Origin: Xylographa opegraphella
Lineage: Eukaryota
Assembly: GCA_022813865.1 (NCBI GenBank)
Contig: JALDZX010000007.1
Span: forward strand, 310,001 to 374,000
DNA length: 64,000 nt
Direction: 5' to 3'
Part shown: one piece after another, positions 12,585-25,470 of the stretch
How the letters are laid out: every line of letters begins with the position of its first letter
How positions within the stretch are numbered: position 1 is the stretch's first letter
Notes under the pieces: generated by a model
The model's database searches: none
What the model saw: the letters and a program-made list of their open reading frames with translations, nothing else
What the model was told of the DNA's origin: nothing
Translations under genes and position numbers: made by a program

Positions 12585-12900
12585 TGGCGGTGGTGGTGGC
12601 GGAGAAACGGACGGCTATTGAGGATTATTGAGGGCGCGGGAGAACATTTCCTCGTGCGAGCGGGCAGTCTTTACCTCCGTTTCTCCTGCGCCAGAGGACT
12701 GCACCTTACCTATCTACCTAGGTAGCCAGCAGCACTGGCTTAGGACTGGCCCAGAGGAGATTAGTTCCAGTGCAAGCACGTCCGAGGCAAGCGAGCGCAG
12801 GACTCACGGATTCTAAGAAGCACGGCGGTGAGTTGAATAATGTGGTGCGGATATCTGCTTAGGTGTGCTTTATGGTTAGTTGCTTTCTGGGCATGGAATC
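12585..12900 (+). repeat. right arm of diverged inverted repeat flanking the GNAT gene
   Basis: Shares blocks tgagggcgcgggag, gcgggcagt, cctccgtttct, tccgaggc and ggattct.agaag in the same order as the reverse complement of the left arm. Confidence 0.8.
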
Positions 12901-13051
12901 GTTGCTGCACAGGTAGATGGTGCCGCCCTGTGGGGAGGGGGTGCAGGGGTACAGCTGATGTGTGTTTCGTAGATCGCATCAGCGACCCCCCCTCCAAGGT
13001 GGACGGAAAAGCAGCCGTCGCCTCGACCAGTGCATTATTCTCATCTCCTCA

Positions 13052-14973
13052 TCAACCAGCCACAAGCCGCCTCTTCAGCATACCGCAAAAACTCTCGAAC
13101 AAAACATGATCGACGCCCTTGAGCCACCTGCATCTCACCTCCGCGCCACCAGCCTCTTCCCCCGGCCTGATCTCGATTTTGAACCCGAACGCCCGCTCAG
13201 CATCCTCGTCCCCGTCCGACGCCTCGTCCATCTCGTCGTCTGCCGCGGGCCGGCTGGACGCGCTCGCGGTGCCGTGCTGCAGGGTCCTGCGCCTTGCCGA
13301 CCGGGACCACACGTTCGCCCTGGCGAAGCCGATGCCGGTGGAGATCTGCGGGCGGTACTGCCACTGCACGTCCAGCGAGCGGATGGTATCGTTGACAAGT
13401 GCGGCGACGGCGGCGATGGTGGAGTGCGGGAGCGAGAAGCTCGTCTCGGACGGGAATGGGAGGAGATGTTTCGGGAGATGGTGGATACCGCGGGCGACGT
13501 CCTGGAGGGTATCAGTCCCGGCGATGTGATGCATCGGATTGTATATACTCGTACCATTCTCGGCCTCATGTCACCCCAACTCCATGCTACGCCCCATCTC
13601 CTGGTCCGTGTGCCTTGGACGAACTCGGTGACTGCCCAGTTGACGACACCTTTGTGCTTCAATTGCTCAATGACTTCGGAAACGCTGCTGAGTTTTCCGA
13701 GCATGCTGGTGTACCATTGTACCCTGTCTTTGAGCACACCACTCTCCTGGATCATTCGGGTCACAAAAGCGACTTCGCCGCCGGCGCACACCATCTCGAC
13801 CTCCGCCCCGGTACATGCTGAATAAGGGGGTCTGGACTTCTTGGCGGCCGAGCTGAGCAGGTCCGAGGCGGAGGCGTAGAAGGGAGGGTTGCATATGGTG
13901 AAGTCGATGCTGTTACATCTTGGTTGGTATTCGTGTTCGGTTGAAGGACAAGATTCATGTACGAGAAAGGCCGCAATCGACGAAAGACGGGACGTGAAAG
14001 GAAAATAGATGTCAGACGGGGCGAGGAACCGCCTGAGTGAGGAGAGAAGCAGATACAACAGGGTAGCCAAGAGGCCCAAGGTCCCAACGTGGCCGAGCTC
14101 ACCTGTCAATGCCCAGCGTGTCCAAAGGGATCAAAGGGTCGTTGGGGTCCGTCTTCAGTGGGCGGACTCTGCTTTTGAGATGGTTGGCCACTATATTGCG
14201 CCTCGCGTACTCCAGATTCGTGTCGTCGATGTCTGTTCGCGCGTGTCAGCGTGCATCCTTCTCGAAATTCGTCCATCGTTCTAGGGCCGTCCGACCGGTA
14301 GCAGCGAACCTCCACGCGCGCCTTGCTGCACACCCCAGCAATGGATAGATGCAACTTGCCCCCGTGCCTCTTTTTCACGAAACCCGTCAGCTCGGGTCAG
14401 GGCGAACGGGACCTTGCGGTCGCATACATATCTAGCCCGACCACGTCTCGGTCAGGGATATATCGGTCCGCATAACTGTCGCTAGTCGTGTCCAAGAGAT
14501 CTTGCACCCACACGATGTAGTTGAACCTACGCAGATGTCAGGGTCGGCCGGCCGGCTGCTGCGCTCTCGCACGATGCACACCTATTCGGGACCTTTGCCA
14601 TGTGGCGTTCAGCCGCCAAGGCATTCAGTCATCTCAGGCCAACGTACCGGAGGACAGAGCCTGTGATCCGGCAACTCGACCACAAGGCCAAAATCACGCT
14701 TCAGGAGGCTTCTGGTGAGCTGTCTGTGGCGTGCTTAGTATGCGCTGCCGGTCGATTCGGGAGGGGCAAGCACGGGCACACGGCGTACTTGACTGCTTCG
14801 GGGTTGCTAAAGTCCAACTGGCCATTCGACTTCAAGCTGCAACGATCATGATGAACATGAATCGGATGAGGCGAGCAGACAGGACGATCACGAACTCACT
14901 ATTTGTTAAAGGTGGCATCCTGCAGGGCTAGAGCGGAGAAGTCCACGTCGTGTTGGTACAGATCTCTGTCCAT
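13052..14973 (-). CDS. METTL16/RlmF-family RNA N6-adenosine methyltransferase (U6 snRNA m6A), multi-exon
   Basis: Spliced: MDRDLYQHDVDFSALA..QLDFSNPEAV..LLKRDFGL..RLCPP|VPNR|FNYIVW..GLDI|GTGASCIYPLLG..DFTICNPPFY..GGEVAFV..WYTSMLGK..QGTRTRRWGVAWS. Confidence 0.9.
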
Positions 14974-17000
14974 GTTCCCTCGTCCGCGACAATTGTTTGA
15001 ATGGGTTGGACTAGATACTGTCGGCAATTGATGGCGTGTAATGTAAAAAGGTGTTGGGTAAAGGGCGGTGGTCTGCTGGCGTACGGTACTGGGTGTTTGG
15101 GCGTGTCGGTCGATACCGTGTGTTGCATGTGCCTGGTGTCGCAAGGACGGAGATATCTATCCTACTCGCCGACCCCTGTTGCCTGCTAGTGCGTCGGTGT
15201 TGAGGCTAGTGCCCACCCCGGCTCCCCCGCTGTTGTGAAATTGATGGGGCAGTTCAATTCCACGACCCCCTCCTTCGACCAACGGATGGTGTGCGACCTT
15301 ATTCCGATCCCCAGATCTTGGTGGTTGCGAACAGTGTAGTGAATGGGAAGGCCGTTCTACAAAGAGTATGATTTACAGCGTCCGGTTCGGCACTGGCAAA
15401 GGCCGTCGTCCAAGATGAAAGCAGCGACGTCAGCCGATGCGCGATGCGTCTGCGAGTCTTACAGATTTGGAAATGGGTGAAATGACCATTGGTCAATAGG
15501 CAATCTGGGCGTGCTGGAAAGAGTCAATAATACCGTACCTCTCGTCCCACTGCGCAGCGGAAGCCGGCGAAACACTTGGGGCGGGTCGAAAGCGACGCCC
15601 AATTGGTCACACGTGACACTCCCTTGGCATGGCCAGCCGCTGCCACTAACCCCGATTGGGGCTGGTCAGCTGCTTCCGGACCGCAGAGCAGTTCTTCTTC
15701 TCCTTGCCCTTGGACCACTTCAACCATCACTTTCGATCGTTATTTGTCGTTTGATTGGAGTCCAGGGCTGGATCCACCCGCTCGGTAAGTGACCCACCGT
15801 GGAGGTCCCGTGCTAGGAAGAGCTGAAGACGACCACAGTATTCCGTACCTAGTCAGGTAGCTCGACTCTTTCCCCATGGGCAAATTTGCTCCCTTGTCCA
15901 TACTGTGGTAGCGTGTCGACAGAAAACCCTTCTAGCGGGTCAGTCGTGCATGTTTACACCGTTAAGGTAATCAAGATCCAGATCGGAAGGAGGGTGTCCG
16001 CGCTGTGATTGGCCACCTCGCCACACCCCACGCCTGACTACCCCGCCAGCATTAATCTCCAGCTCCTCGTAAATATCTAGCGTCTGCGCCGGCTGATGCG
16101 CAGAAGAGCGAAAGTGCTCGTTAGCGGTCCCCCGGATCAACGATGCTCCACATCGTCTAGACCATGTCCGGCTCGCGGACCTGTCTCCTCCATGCCCCCT
16201 TTGGGGACTACGTTGGCCCAGCCATCGCGCTTCCCTCTTGTAAAAACACTCGCCCCAGGGAACACCCGGCAACTTAACGTCTAGTGTGAGAATCATGTCG
16301 AATGTCGAGAAACGGTTTTCTCCTTGGAGGGAAACAACGACGTGGTCGAGGCGCGACGGAAAACCGGTGTCTCGCCAGGACGGGGCTCGAGTGGGGACTC
16401 CCGACTTCCACGAGATGCTGCTCCTTCCCTGCGCGCCGCGTGATCGAAGTGCATAATCTGTTGGACTTGCCTCCCGTGCAAGTCGTCAGTGAGCAGCCAA
16501 ACGGGAAAAGTGCAGGCAAGGAGAGGGCCCGACACGAGCGTGTCTGGCCAGGATGACGGGACGCGCTAGCCTGGCCGCCGTCGCTCTAGCCCGTCCTCGG
16601 CCTGGCTGCATTTCCCCAAACAATGCGGAGAACCAATCCATGAATCCGGGGTGGCACTCCCTTGCCCGGCCCTCCACCCCGGCACCAGGCCCGTCTCCTC
16701 CGCATCTCCTTTGAGCGCATCGCTGCTCTGGATCGTCCAGTAGGCCACACTGTCTCGTGCACCCCAACGAAGTCTGGACGAAAGCACGGACAGGCGATCA
16801 TGCTCCAACCTAGCCCGACTGCTCGGTCGCCTCCAGCCACGGCTTGCATATATAACCACCCAGCCTCCCTCACCTTGCTCTTTCCTCCAGCGCGGTTCTC
16901 CAAACTTTCCATCGAGGTGCAGAGACGTCTTTTCTGCTGCTCCCATCCTTCCAATTCAAACTATCCCCTTCCGTCCTGCTCGGACTGACGAGGAATCGAA

Positions 17001-18763
17001 ATGGCAACCATGACGGAGAAGCACAATGGGGATATGCAGGAGCACGATGAATACGTACGAGAACCTTGACTCACCCGACACGGTGGCGGCGACTGACAAC
17101 ATGACAGCTCGACAAGCAGGCAGTGGCCGAAGTCAAGGTCGTCGTTGGTGATGAGACCTTCAACCAGGCCATGCTCAAGGAGCCTCCCCGGGCCTTCAGC
17201 AGCGCCGCCCTCCTTCTCTACGCCTTCTCTCTCGTCGGTTTCTTCTGCTCCACCACCAACGGCTACGATGGATCGCTCTTCGGTACCCTCCTCGCCAACA
17301 AGGCCTTCACTGGCTTCTTCAATGTTCAGGATGTTGGCATCTGGACCGGTATTGTCACCTCCATGTACCAGATCGGTTCCGTAGTCGCCATCCCCTTCAT
17401 TGGCCCCGCCATCGATACCTTTGGACGCAAGTTCGGCATGTTCATTGCTGCCTTCATCATCGTCCTCGGTGTCATCATCCAGGGAACTTGCAGCATGACC
17501 GCCAGCGTCGGCCAGTTCATGGGCGGTCGATTCTTGCTCGGATTCGGTGTCGGCATCATTGGGTCTGCTGGACCTATCTACGTCGTTGAGATCTCTCACC
17601 CCGCTCACCGTGGTGTTGTCACTGGTCTGTACAATGTGTTCTGGCCCGTTGGTGCTATCGTTGCTTCCGGCGCAGCCCGAGGTGGTCTCAACTACACCGG
17701 TAACACCTCGTGGTTGATTCCCGTATGGCTTCAAATCATGTTCCCCGGCCTCATCGTTCTCCTCGTCTGGTTCCTTCCCGAATCCCCACGTTGGCTGTAC
17801 GTCCACGGCAAGCGCGAGAAGGCAAAGGCCACCCTCGCCAAGTTCCATGGAAACGGCAACCCCGAGAGTGAGTGGATTAAGCTTCAGCTGTGGGAGTACG
17901 AGGCGCATTTGGAGATGAACGGTGCGGACAAGAGATGGTGGGACTACAGAGCGGTGTTCAAGAACCGTGCTTCGCTTTACCGTCTGATGTCCAACTGCCT
18001 CGTGTCCCTCTTCGGCCAATGGGCTGGAAACGGTGTTGTCTCCTACTTCTTGGTCGGATTCCTTGTGACCGCTGGTGTCACCGACTCCATCACCCAGAAC
18101 AATCTCGCGGTTGGCATGAACGCCGTTCAGATTATCTTCGCCGGTCTCGGAGCCTTGTTCGTCGACAGACTTGGGCGCCGAAAGATGCTTATCGGTGTCA
18201 ACGCTGCTTGCTGTGTCTGCTGGATTGGTGTCACCATTGCCTGCTCTCAAGCCGCCATGACCGGCTCCAAGGCCGCCAGCGCAGCAACCGTTGCCATGGT
18301 GTACATCTTCCAGGTCTGCTACTCCTTCGGCTGGACCCCGATGCAGGCTCTCTACCCTGTCGAGGTCCTCTCCTTTGAGATGCGTGCCAAGGGAATGGCC
18401 TTCTCCAACCTGTTCGTCTCAGTCGGTAAGTTTCATCCGCTCCTGCGTGGCAGATTTCCTCGGTGCTAACATGCATTCCCAGGTGGACTGGTCAACCAAT
18501 TCGGATTCCCCGTCGCTCTCCAGAACATCGGCTGGGAGACATACATCGTCTTCTGCGTGTGGTGCGCGGTGCAGACGGTCATCATCTACTTCCTCATCCC
18601 CGAGACCAAGAACCGCACGCTCGAGGAGCTGGATGCCATCTTCAACTCGCCCAACCCCCGCAAGGCCTCGACCGAGAAGAAGAAGTTGGAGCTCGATGCC
18701 AACGCGAACATCGTGCACTTCCAGGTTCTCGGCAACGACGGCACGGAGCGATCGGTGCTATAA
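17001..18763 (+). CDS. MFS sugar porter, lactose permease/cellodextrin transporter-like
   Basis: NGYDGS, DTFGRK, GGRFLLGFG, PESPRWL, DRLGRR, PETKNRTLEE; introns ~17055-17107 and ~18426-18482; TATA-like element near 16850. Confidence 0.92.
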
Positions 18764-19552
18764 AGCGTGTTCATAGAGATGTCCCTGTTAGATAGATGTT
18801 TGATCTATAGCTAATTGATCTACATTCCGTTGATTGATGACTGAGTTGCTACTTTCGTCCATTTTGTGACCACGTGAGATGCTAAGGGTATCATGCACGG
18901 GAAATGCTTATGATCACTACTGCGATTCAACCCCCCACTTATCGATGTGCCACTTGACGACCACCGCAATCATCACTACTTCTCCACTTCTCTCCGAATT
19001 GATCATTATCACGACCTGAACGATGAATTCACTTGTTTCCTTTCTCACCTTAGGATCTTCTAAACGAGCACGTGCATCGACGAGACTAGAAGGCCGCTAG
19101 GCAGATTAGGGTTCTGACCTCGGCACATGGCACCGCTGGCCCCCTGGTCAGTGCGCGTCATTTCCCCGGAAAAAGGCGTCAAAAGAGAAACGGAGAAACG
19201 TTGAAGCGAAGGATCAAAGCTTCAGCTGTGCTTTGGAAACAAGCGACGGTTTTTCCCTTATGAAAGGTGTAAGCTGCGTGGTTGCGATGAACAACGTGAT
19301 GGTCGCTTTTGCAGAAACTGGCTCTGCAGATCACACCTGACTTCGATCCGTGTATCTTGACATCTCATTCCCGTATCGTCGTGCAGCTCACATTGCTAGC
19401 CCAATTCCCCGCACTTAGCCTCAGTTGATCCCAGTCCCCCGTTGCAGTTATGGTCGCACTGCATTCTCCCAGTTCTTCCAAGCACTTTTTGGTTGTCTGT
19501 TGTTTATCTTCAATCTTCACTGCGGCCGTCGCTCAGATCTCAGAGCAGCAGG

Positions 19553-21308
19553 ATGGCCTCCTACGACGAGAAGTATGGCGCTGCCCCGACTGCCGACACT
19601 GAGCTGCCCGTAGCGAACATGAGCGCTGAGCGATACATTGCGACTCGACTACCTACCCTCAAGCCTCCGATGCACAAGGTCGCCAATCCTTTCACACTCC
19701 TGCGCATGCTGAACAGACAGCAATGGCTCTTCTTCCTCATCGGCTTTCTAGGCTGGAGCTGGGACGCTTTCGACTTCTTCACCGTCTCGCTGACCACGAC
19801 GCCCCTCGCGACAACGTTTGGGGTTTCGGTCACGGATGTGACGTGGGGTATCACATTGGTTCTCATGTTCCGCTCCGTTGGTAGTGTTCTCTTCGGCATC
19901 GCGAGCGATAGGTATGGCAGGAGATGGCCCTTTATTGTCAATATGGTTCTGTTCATCGTTCTGGAACTCGCGACCGGCTTCTGCAATACCTACCAGCAGT
20001 TCCTGGCCGTCCGGGCTCTTTATGGAGTTGCGATGGGAGGACTGTACGGGAACGCGGCGGCGACTGCTCTTGAGGATTGTCCCGAGCCAGCACGAGGTAT
20101 TATCTCGGGCATGCTGCAGCAGGGCTATGCCTTCGGCTATCTCCTCGCGACTGTTTTCTCTCGAGCGCTTGTCAATACCACGCCACATACCTGGCGGCCT
20201 CTGTACTGGTTTGGGGCCTGTCCCCCTATCCTCCTGATCGTCTTCCGTCTGTGTCTTCCCGAGACGCAAGCATATATCGAGCGCAGCGAGGTCCGCCATG
20301 CCACTGGCAACCTTACCGGCACATTTATCGCCGAGGGCAAAGTTGCGTTGAAAAAGCATTGGCTGCTCCTTTCGTACATGGTATTCTTGATGGCAGGCTT
20401 CAATTTCATGTCGCACGGATCTCAAGATCTCTACCCTACCATGCTGCAAAACGAGTACGGCTTCTCCCCGAACGAGGTCACAATCACTCAGGTGGTCGCC
20501 AACTTGGGCGCCATGAGCGGCGGCACGGTCATCGGCTATTGCTCCTCGATCTTCGGCCGCCGCTTCTCCATCATCTTCGTCTCCATCATCGGCGGCGCTC
20601 TGCTGTACCCGTACACATTCGTGGGTTCCGAGAGCGTCATCGCGGCCGCATACTTTGAACAGTTTTGCGTGCAGGGCGCATGGTACGACTCTCCCCGGGG
20701 TATCAAACTCCATCGGCAAGATGACTAATCTCTGGATAGGGGCGTCATACCCATCCACCTGATGGAGCTTTCCCCGGGCTCCTTCCGCACCTTCGTGGTC
20801 GGCACATCCTACCAGCTCGGCAACCTCGTCAGCAGCGCCTCCAGCACAATCGAATCCACCATCGGCGAGCGCTTCCCCCTGACGCCGCTAAAAGACGGCT
20901 CCAAAGTCACCAAAGTGAGCTCCTTCTACCATCCCCCCTCTGCCCAACATACAATCCCACTAACCTCACTCCAGCGCTACAATTACGGCCTCGTCATCTG
21001 CATCTTCATGGGCTGCGTCTACGCTTAGTACTTTCCCNCCCCCCCCCCCCCACCACTCTCTCTCCCTCATCCACATTTCTCGATCGCTAACCTCCGCCGC
21101 CAGCGTCATCGCCCTCACCGTGCTCGGCCCCGAAAAGCTCGGCCACAGCTTCCGCGTCGCGGCCGACCACGATTTCGAGGAAGCGGCCGGCCACGACGCC
21201 GTCGCTAGGGCACTGCATGCCGAGGAGCGCGGCCACCGCGACACGGACTCCAGTGATGATGGGCGGGGCGTTGAGAAGGCGCGCGCGAGAGGGATGGATG
21301 TCGTGTAG
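19553..21308 (+). CDS. JEN1: carboxylic acid transporter Jen1-like (MFS, sialate:H+ symporter family)
   Basis: WDAFDFF, DRYGRRWP, signature NFMSHGSQDLYPT, IPIHLMELSP, YQLGNL; three 3' introns, one containing a poly-C run with an N at 21038. Confidence 0.92.
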
Positions 21309-21439
21309 GCGGGAGATGGGGGGGCGTATTTAATGATTATGCATGTGAGTGTGAGTGTGAGTAATAGGGTAGGGTGCGGTGAGCTGTGCGCGTGGCATGA
21401 TATCCTTGCAGCGCTGTATATATACTTTATAGTGTTTAT

Positions 21440-22700
21440 GTGATTCATCTGCGCCTCGATTCATCGATTGTCGCCTCTGGCTTTCTTTCCCCTTCCTCGT
21501 CTCCATCCCCCAACTCTATTCCAGCAGTTGAGAATGCCGAGCGGTCGCTGCCGCCCATACACCGCTCCTAGCGGAGCATGCCCCACCCGGCGAAGTCAGG
21601 CCTTATCGCTTGGTTGAGCAGTAAGAGGGCGAGCACGGGACTGGATGGGAAGAGTTTTTTTGTGGGGCAGATAGTACCGGAGTGTATGGCTATAGGTTGC
21701 GCGTATATGCCTGTCTATTTATTCCCTGTGAATCTCCCGGACTCGTCCGTGTGCAGAATAGAAGGCGAAGGAGGCTGCGATAGCGCCACTCCCCTGTCCA
21801 CTTCATAGGCATATATGGAAGAAGCTGCGTGACCAGAAACCGTCATTCACGGAATGCACTGCAAGCCAGCCAGCCAGCGCGACGGCGTTGCTCACTGCAC
21901 TACTGGATGTTGTCGGTGGGTGAACTCTTCTCGTCGATCGCAGGGAAAAATCTAGATTTACTCGCTGCTGGGGTGGTCGTGAAGAGCGGGCGTGCGAACA
22001 CAAGTAAGCTGTAGCGGATGAAATCTGGGTAACTCGCCGGTTCGATGGTTGGGATCTGGAGGTACTTGCTGTTGAGGCCACGGAGGAGTGCGTTGCGGAA
22101 TTATATACAATCTCGCTTCGCAGTCTTCCTGTAGGGGTGGTAGTATCCAGTCTACGAAGTATTTTGTAATAATTACATTAGAGTATGCAAATCACGCTCG
22201 TAGTAGTAAAACCTTTACCGGCCAATTGGGCTCTCGAATCGGGAGGTGGATTTATTAATGGAAAGGGAAAGGGGCCTATGTGCCTCCTTAGGTCTCGGTA
22301 AGTGGAACTTAAAGAGCCTCCAGCATATCTGTAGGAGGTAAATATGTCGGAGAAGAAGTGGTACGAATAAGGCCGGCTTGAAAACTAACGGCTTGGGGTG
22401 GAGTTACTGGTGGAAACGGCATTTTTGGAGAGAGATATATACCCGTTGGAGTCAGGTCCGGCGGGGGGGGGGGAGTTGTCTGCTTTGGTGGCTGTGGTGC
22501 TGCTGGATATGTACAGGCAGTTACTTTTCAGGGAGTGCTGTCTGGCATATTTTATTGCGAATGCCACGGTGGCTGTGCTCCCTGCGAGGCTGGACCGTAC
22601 TCCAGTTCTAGAGGACTAGCATCTGGTGATGGTGGTAATAGGCTGAGCTGTGAGGAGGTAGGGAGGGTATGTCTGTTTACGTCGGGCTGATTTGGTATAT
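21440..22700 (-). pseudogene. possible degenerate gene (Pro-rich N-terminus, weakly BTB/POZ-like segment)
   Basis: Protein-like reading interrupted by TAA/TAG/TGA stops and frame changes, e.g. CI*FRNALLRGLNSKYLQIPTIEPASYPDFIRY. Confidence 0.3.
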
Positions 22701-23429
22701 GGCTCGCGTTTACATAGGATCGGTTGGGTTCCGTCCGATGTTCATTTGTTTACAAAGTTCGTTTCGCTGTTGAGGAGAAGAGGTGAGGTGTTGCGCGTCA
22801 GTCATGAGGCACAAGCCATGCGGTGGTTCAGATCCTCGGGAATCTGAGCGCAGTGGAACCGCCCAGGCATCAATATGATGAAGCAAAGCAAAGCAAATAT
22901 GAACGAGGATATGATTAAGCGCTTCTGCCCCTAGCAAAGCGTGCCAAGGAACCAACGAAGCTTGTAGCGCCCGAGCGATGAGGACTTGCTACATTCTCAT
23001 TGGTCAATCCTGGCAATTCCAGACGTCCGCGTCAAGCATTGCGTCTCAAGTTGTTTTCTTCCTTCCAACTCGCCGCTTATATATATAGATGTATCTCGGT
23101 TTCAATAGATAATTGCATTTCTTATGCCCAATACTTGTCCTTCGATGTGAGTCTACTTGCGACACAAAGTACCCTGCTCATATGATCGGATCCTGGCTTG
23201 AAGTCGTAGTCACTCGGACCTCCATGCCTTTTATTAGAAAGAGCGATCAGCATGGCCCTCAACAAATCAACAAGCACGGCACCAGAGGACTTCAAACACC
23301 CGTTTAGAATTAATTCGATGTCCCAAAGGAACAACATATGGACAGGCAGTTCGACGAGTCGGAACTATTGCGCACTTAGATGCCTCCTCAATAGTATCTT
23401 TTACCAGACGGTTCTCCCAATGGAAACTC

Positions 23430-24553
23430 GATTCTCTTATTAACAACAAATGCTCAGTCCTTTCTGTTTCTGGTATAACAAATTCTTCCTCCTGTTCTTC
23501 GAGAAATCCAACTTGTGAAACAACATATAGGCGTGGTACTTTCGTTCAAACAACATACACATTCGTCGCGTTCGATTCGTGTTCCTAAATCTATCCGCTT
23601 CTTGATGGATAAATCGACTATTCGCCAAACCAAATCGGCGGCCGAACCGCTCTCAAACAAGGAGATTGACAACATATTGCGCACAATTGAGCATTTGGCC
23701 CGCGAACCAGAAAGCACCGCCCAAATGTCGCTCATCAAATTGCTATTCCCTTTCGACCTTCGGGACAAAAATGGTGGCCTTGGTGCACAAATTGATACGC
23801 CCTTCCAGGTTGTTGCACTACCGTTAGGCTCGAGAACAGTTTCAGCGTCTAAACCGGATCGACACCATGGCTACAGGCTGAAAGATTTCAATGATGAACA
23901 AAGCAATGCTTTCAATGCTAAGAAACCATACGGACCGCCATCAACGACAAGCAACTTACCATTTTTTGCGGTGGAGTTCAAATCCCAATTCCAAGGGGAC
24001 ACGCATCATTTTGCAGAAAACCGAAATGCCGTGAATGGAGCTCTGTTTGTCAACTATATGGAACAGATTTTGAAGGGACATGATATAGACTGCGCGAAGG
24101 CTCTCAAGAAGAACGGCACTAAATATTCCGCAGTCGATTCAGTGGCTTTCTCGTGCTACATTGACGCCTCTGGTGCAGGACTGTGGGTTCACTGGCATCA
24201 AGGGAACCAATATGTATCGGCCAAGTTTGGAAGCTACTTGCTCAACCAAGTAGACGACATTCGACGGCTCCACTTAACAATCCGTCGTATTGTTGAGTAT
24301 GGAATGACTACAAGATTGGACGAAGTGAAACATGCACTCGAAAGGGATCTTCGTAAGGAAACTCGAACCACGAGAAAAGCGACAGCCAAAGCGTAAAGCA
24401 AGCAATAGTGTCTCCGCGATCTCAGACAATTTGACTCTGATCAGGCGCAGCTCGAAATGTTCTAACGATGCTCAAGTTACCGACGATTATTGCAATGGAA
24501 GGTCAAAGGCTTCGAGCAAAGGCTCGTCGATACTGTCCAGGAACAAGCGGTAA
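23430..24553 (+). pseudogene. PD-(D/E)XK-like fungal protein (DUF7924-type), apparently frameshifted at both ends
   Basis: Core ORF to 24396 has SKPDRHHGY...PFFAVEFKS...AENRNAVNGA...SVAFSC..LWVHW; upstream YRRGT / NNIHI / VPKSIRFL segments and the downstream KRKAS tail lie in different frames. Confidence 0.55.
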
Positions 24554-25470
24554 GAAAATCGAGCTCATTGAACGCATAGAGCAGCACGAACGGGAATTAG
24601 AGTAATCAAATATTGAGAATACTACATCCGTAATACTGACCTTTGAATCGGAGCAGAGGAGCCAAATGGTGATGTTCAAGGTCACTACGGAAAGGCCTGT
24701 CCACTCTCTTGAGTGTCGGAAGGTAGCTACGTCAAAGGAAAACAACATGATTTGATTACCGTCATGGCCCAAGTTTGGACCCTGAAGCTAAATCTGTCTA
24801 TGTTACATGAATGACTTAAGCGCCAAGCGCCAAGTGCCAAGCATCCCAACAAAGCCACGCTACGTCCAAGTAACGAATATCCGATGTAATGAACAAAGTG
24901 TAACTACTTGGTACCATGTTGATCTACTTTTGTCTGTCCGAGAATGTGATTTCATTGCGTAACTCGACGGTGTATATCTCCTGAGACGGAATGGGCGTTC
25001 ACAGGTAACTCTTAGCGCCTTTCGGCTGAGCGTAATCTTGAAACCATTTCTAGGGTTGGGCGCTTCGGTGAACTTGTCGTCGTGCATCATGAGTGGCTTG
25101 AATAATTCGGCGTAGAACATATGAGCTCGCCATAATAGAGCTCCAATAGTAGGTAGTGGTATTTTTGGTTACAGGTTTGCGAAGGTGGCGATACTTGACA
25201 CTTACCTGTGTTTCGCTTCATCTCGTCTGATGTTTTTGACTCTCATGTTTCTTCATGATCCTTACGCTGAACTTTTACATCACTGCATATGGCCGTTATT
25301 CGGTCTCTGAACCCTATGAGGTATATATATTTGACCGTCGTGTTTGCTCCACTGTTCTTCGTTCCTGGTGCATAATGTAAGCAGTATATACCTACGGTCC
25401 AGCTCTATATTTCGCTTTGATTAGTGTATAAAAGTATAGCTGTGCCCACAAAACATATACCTAGCTTTCT

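Noticed and set aside
15690..15722. Minus-strand KWSKGK resembling ribosomal protein S25
   Set aside because: Six-residue match only; flanks and splice sites do not continue the protein.
16961..18250. 429-aa antisense ORF over the sugar transporter (likewise 19748-20758 over JEN1, 6632-7732 over PEP7, 12962-13825, 42033-42758)
   Set aside because: Shadow ORFs expected from GC-rich codon bias of the real genes; no motifs of their own.
21035..21052. Poly-C run with an N and apparent stop in the JEN1 3' region
   Set aside because: Lies inside a normal GT-AG intron; homopolymer ambiguity, not a gene lesion.
24820..24842. Three short gccaag tandem units
   Set aside because: Too short; no spacers, not CRISPR-like.
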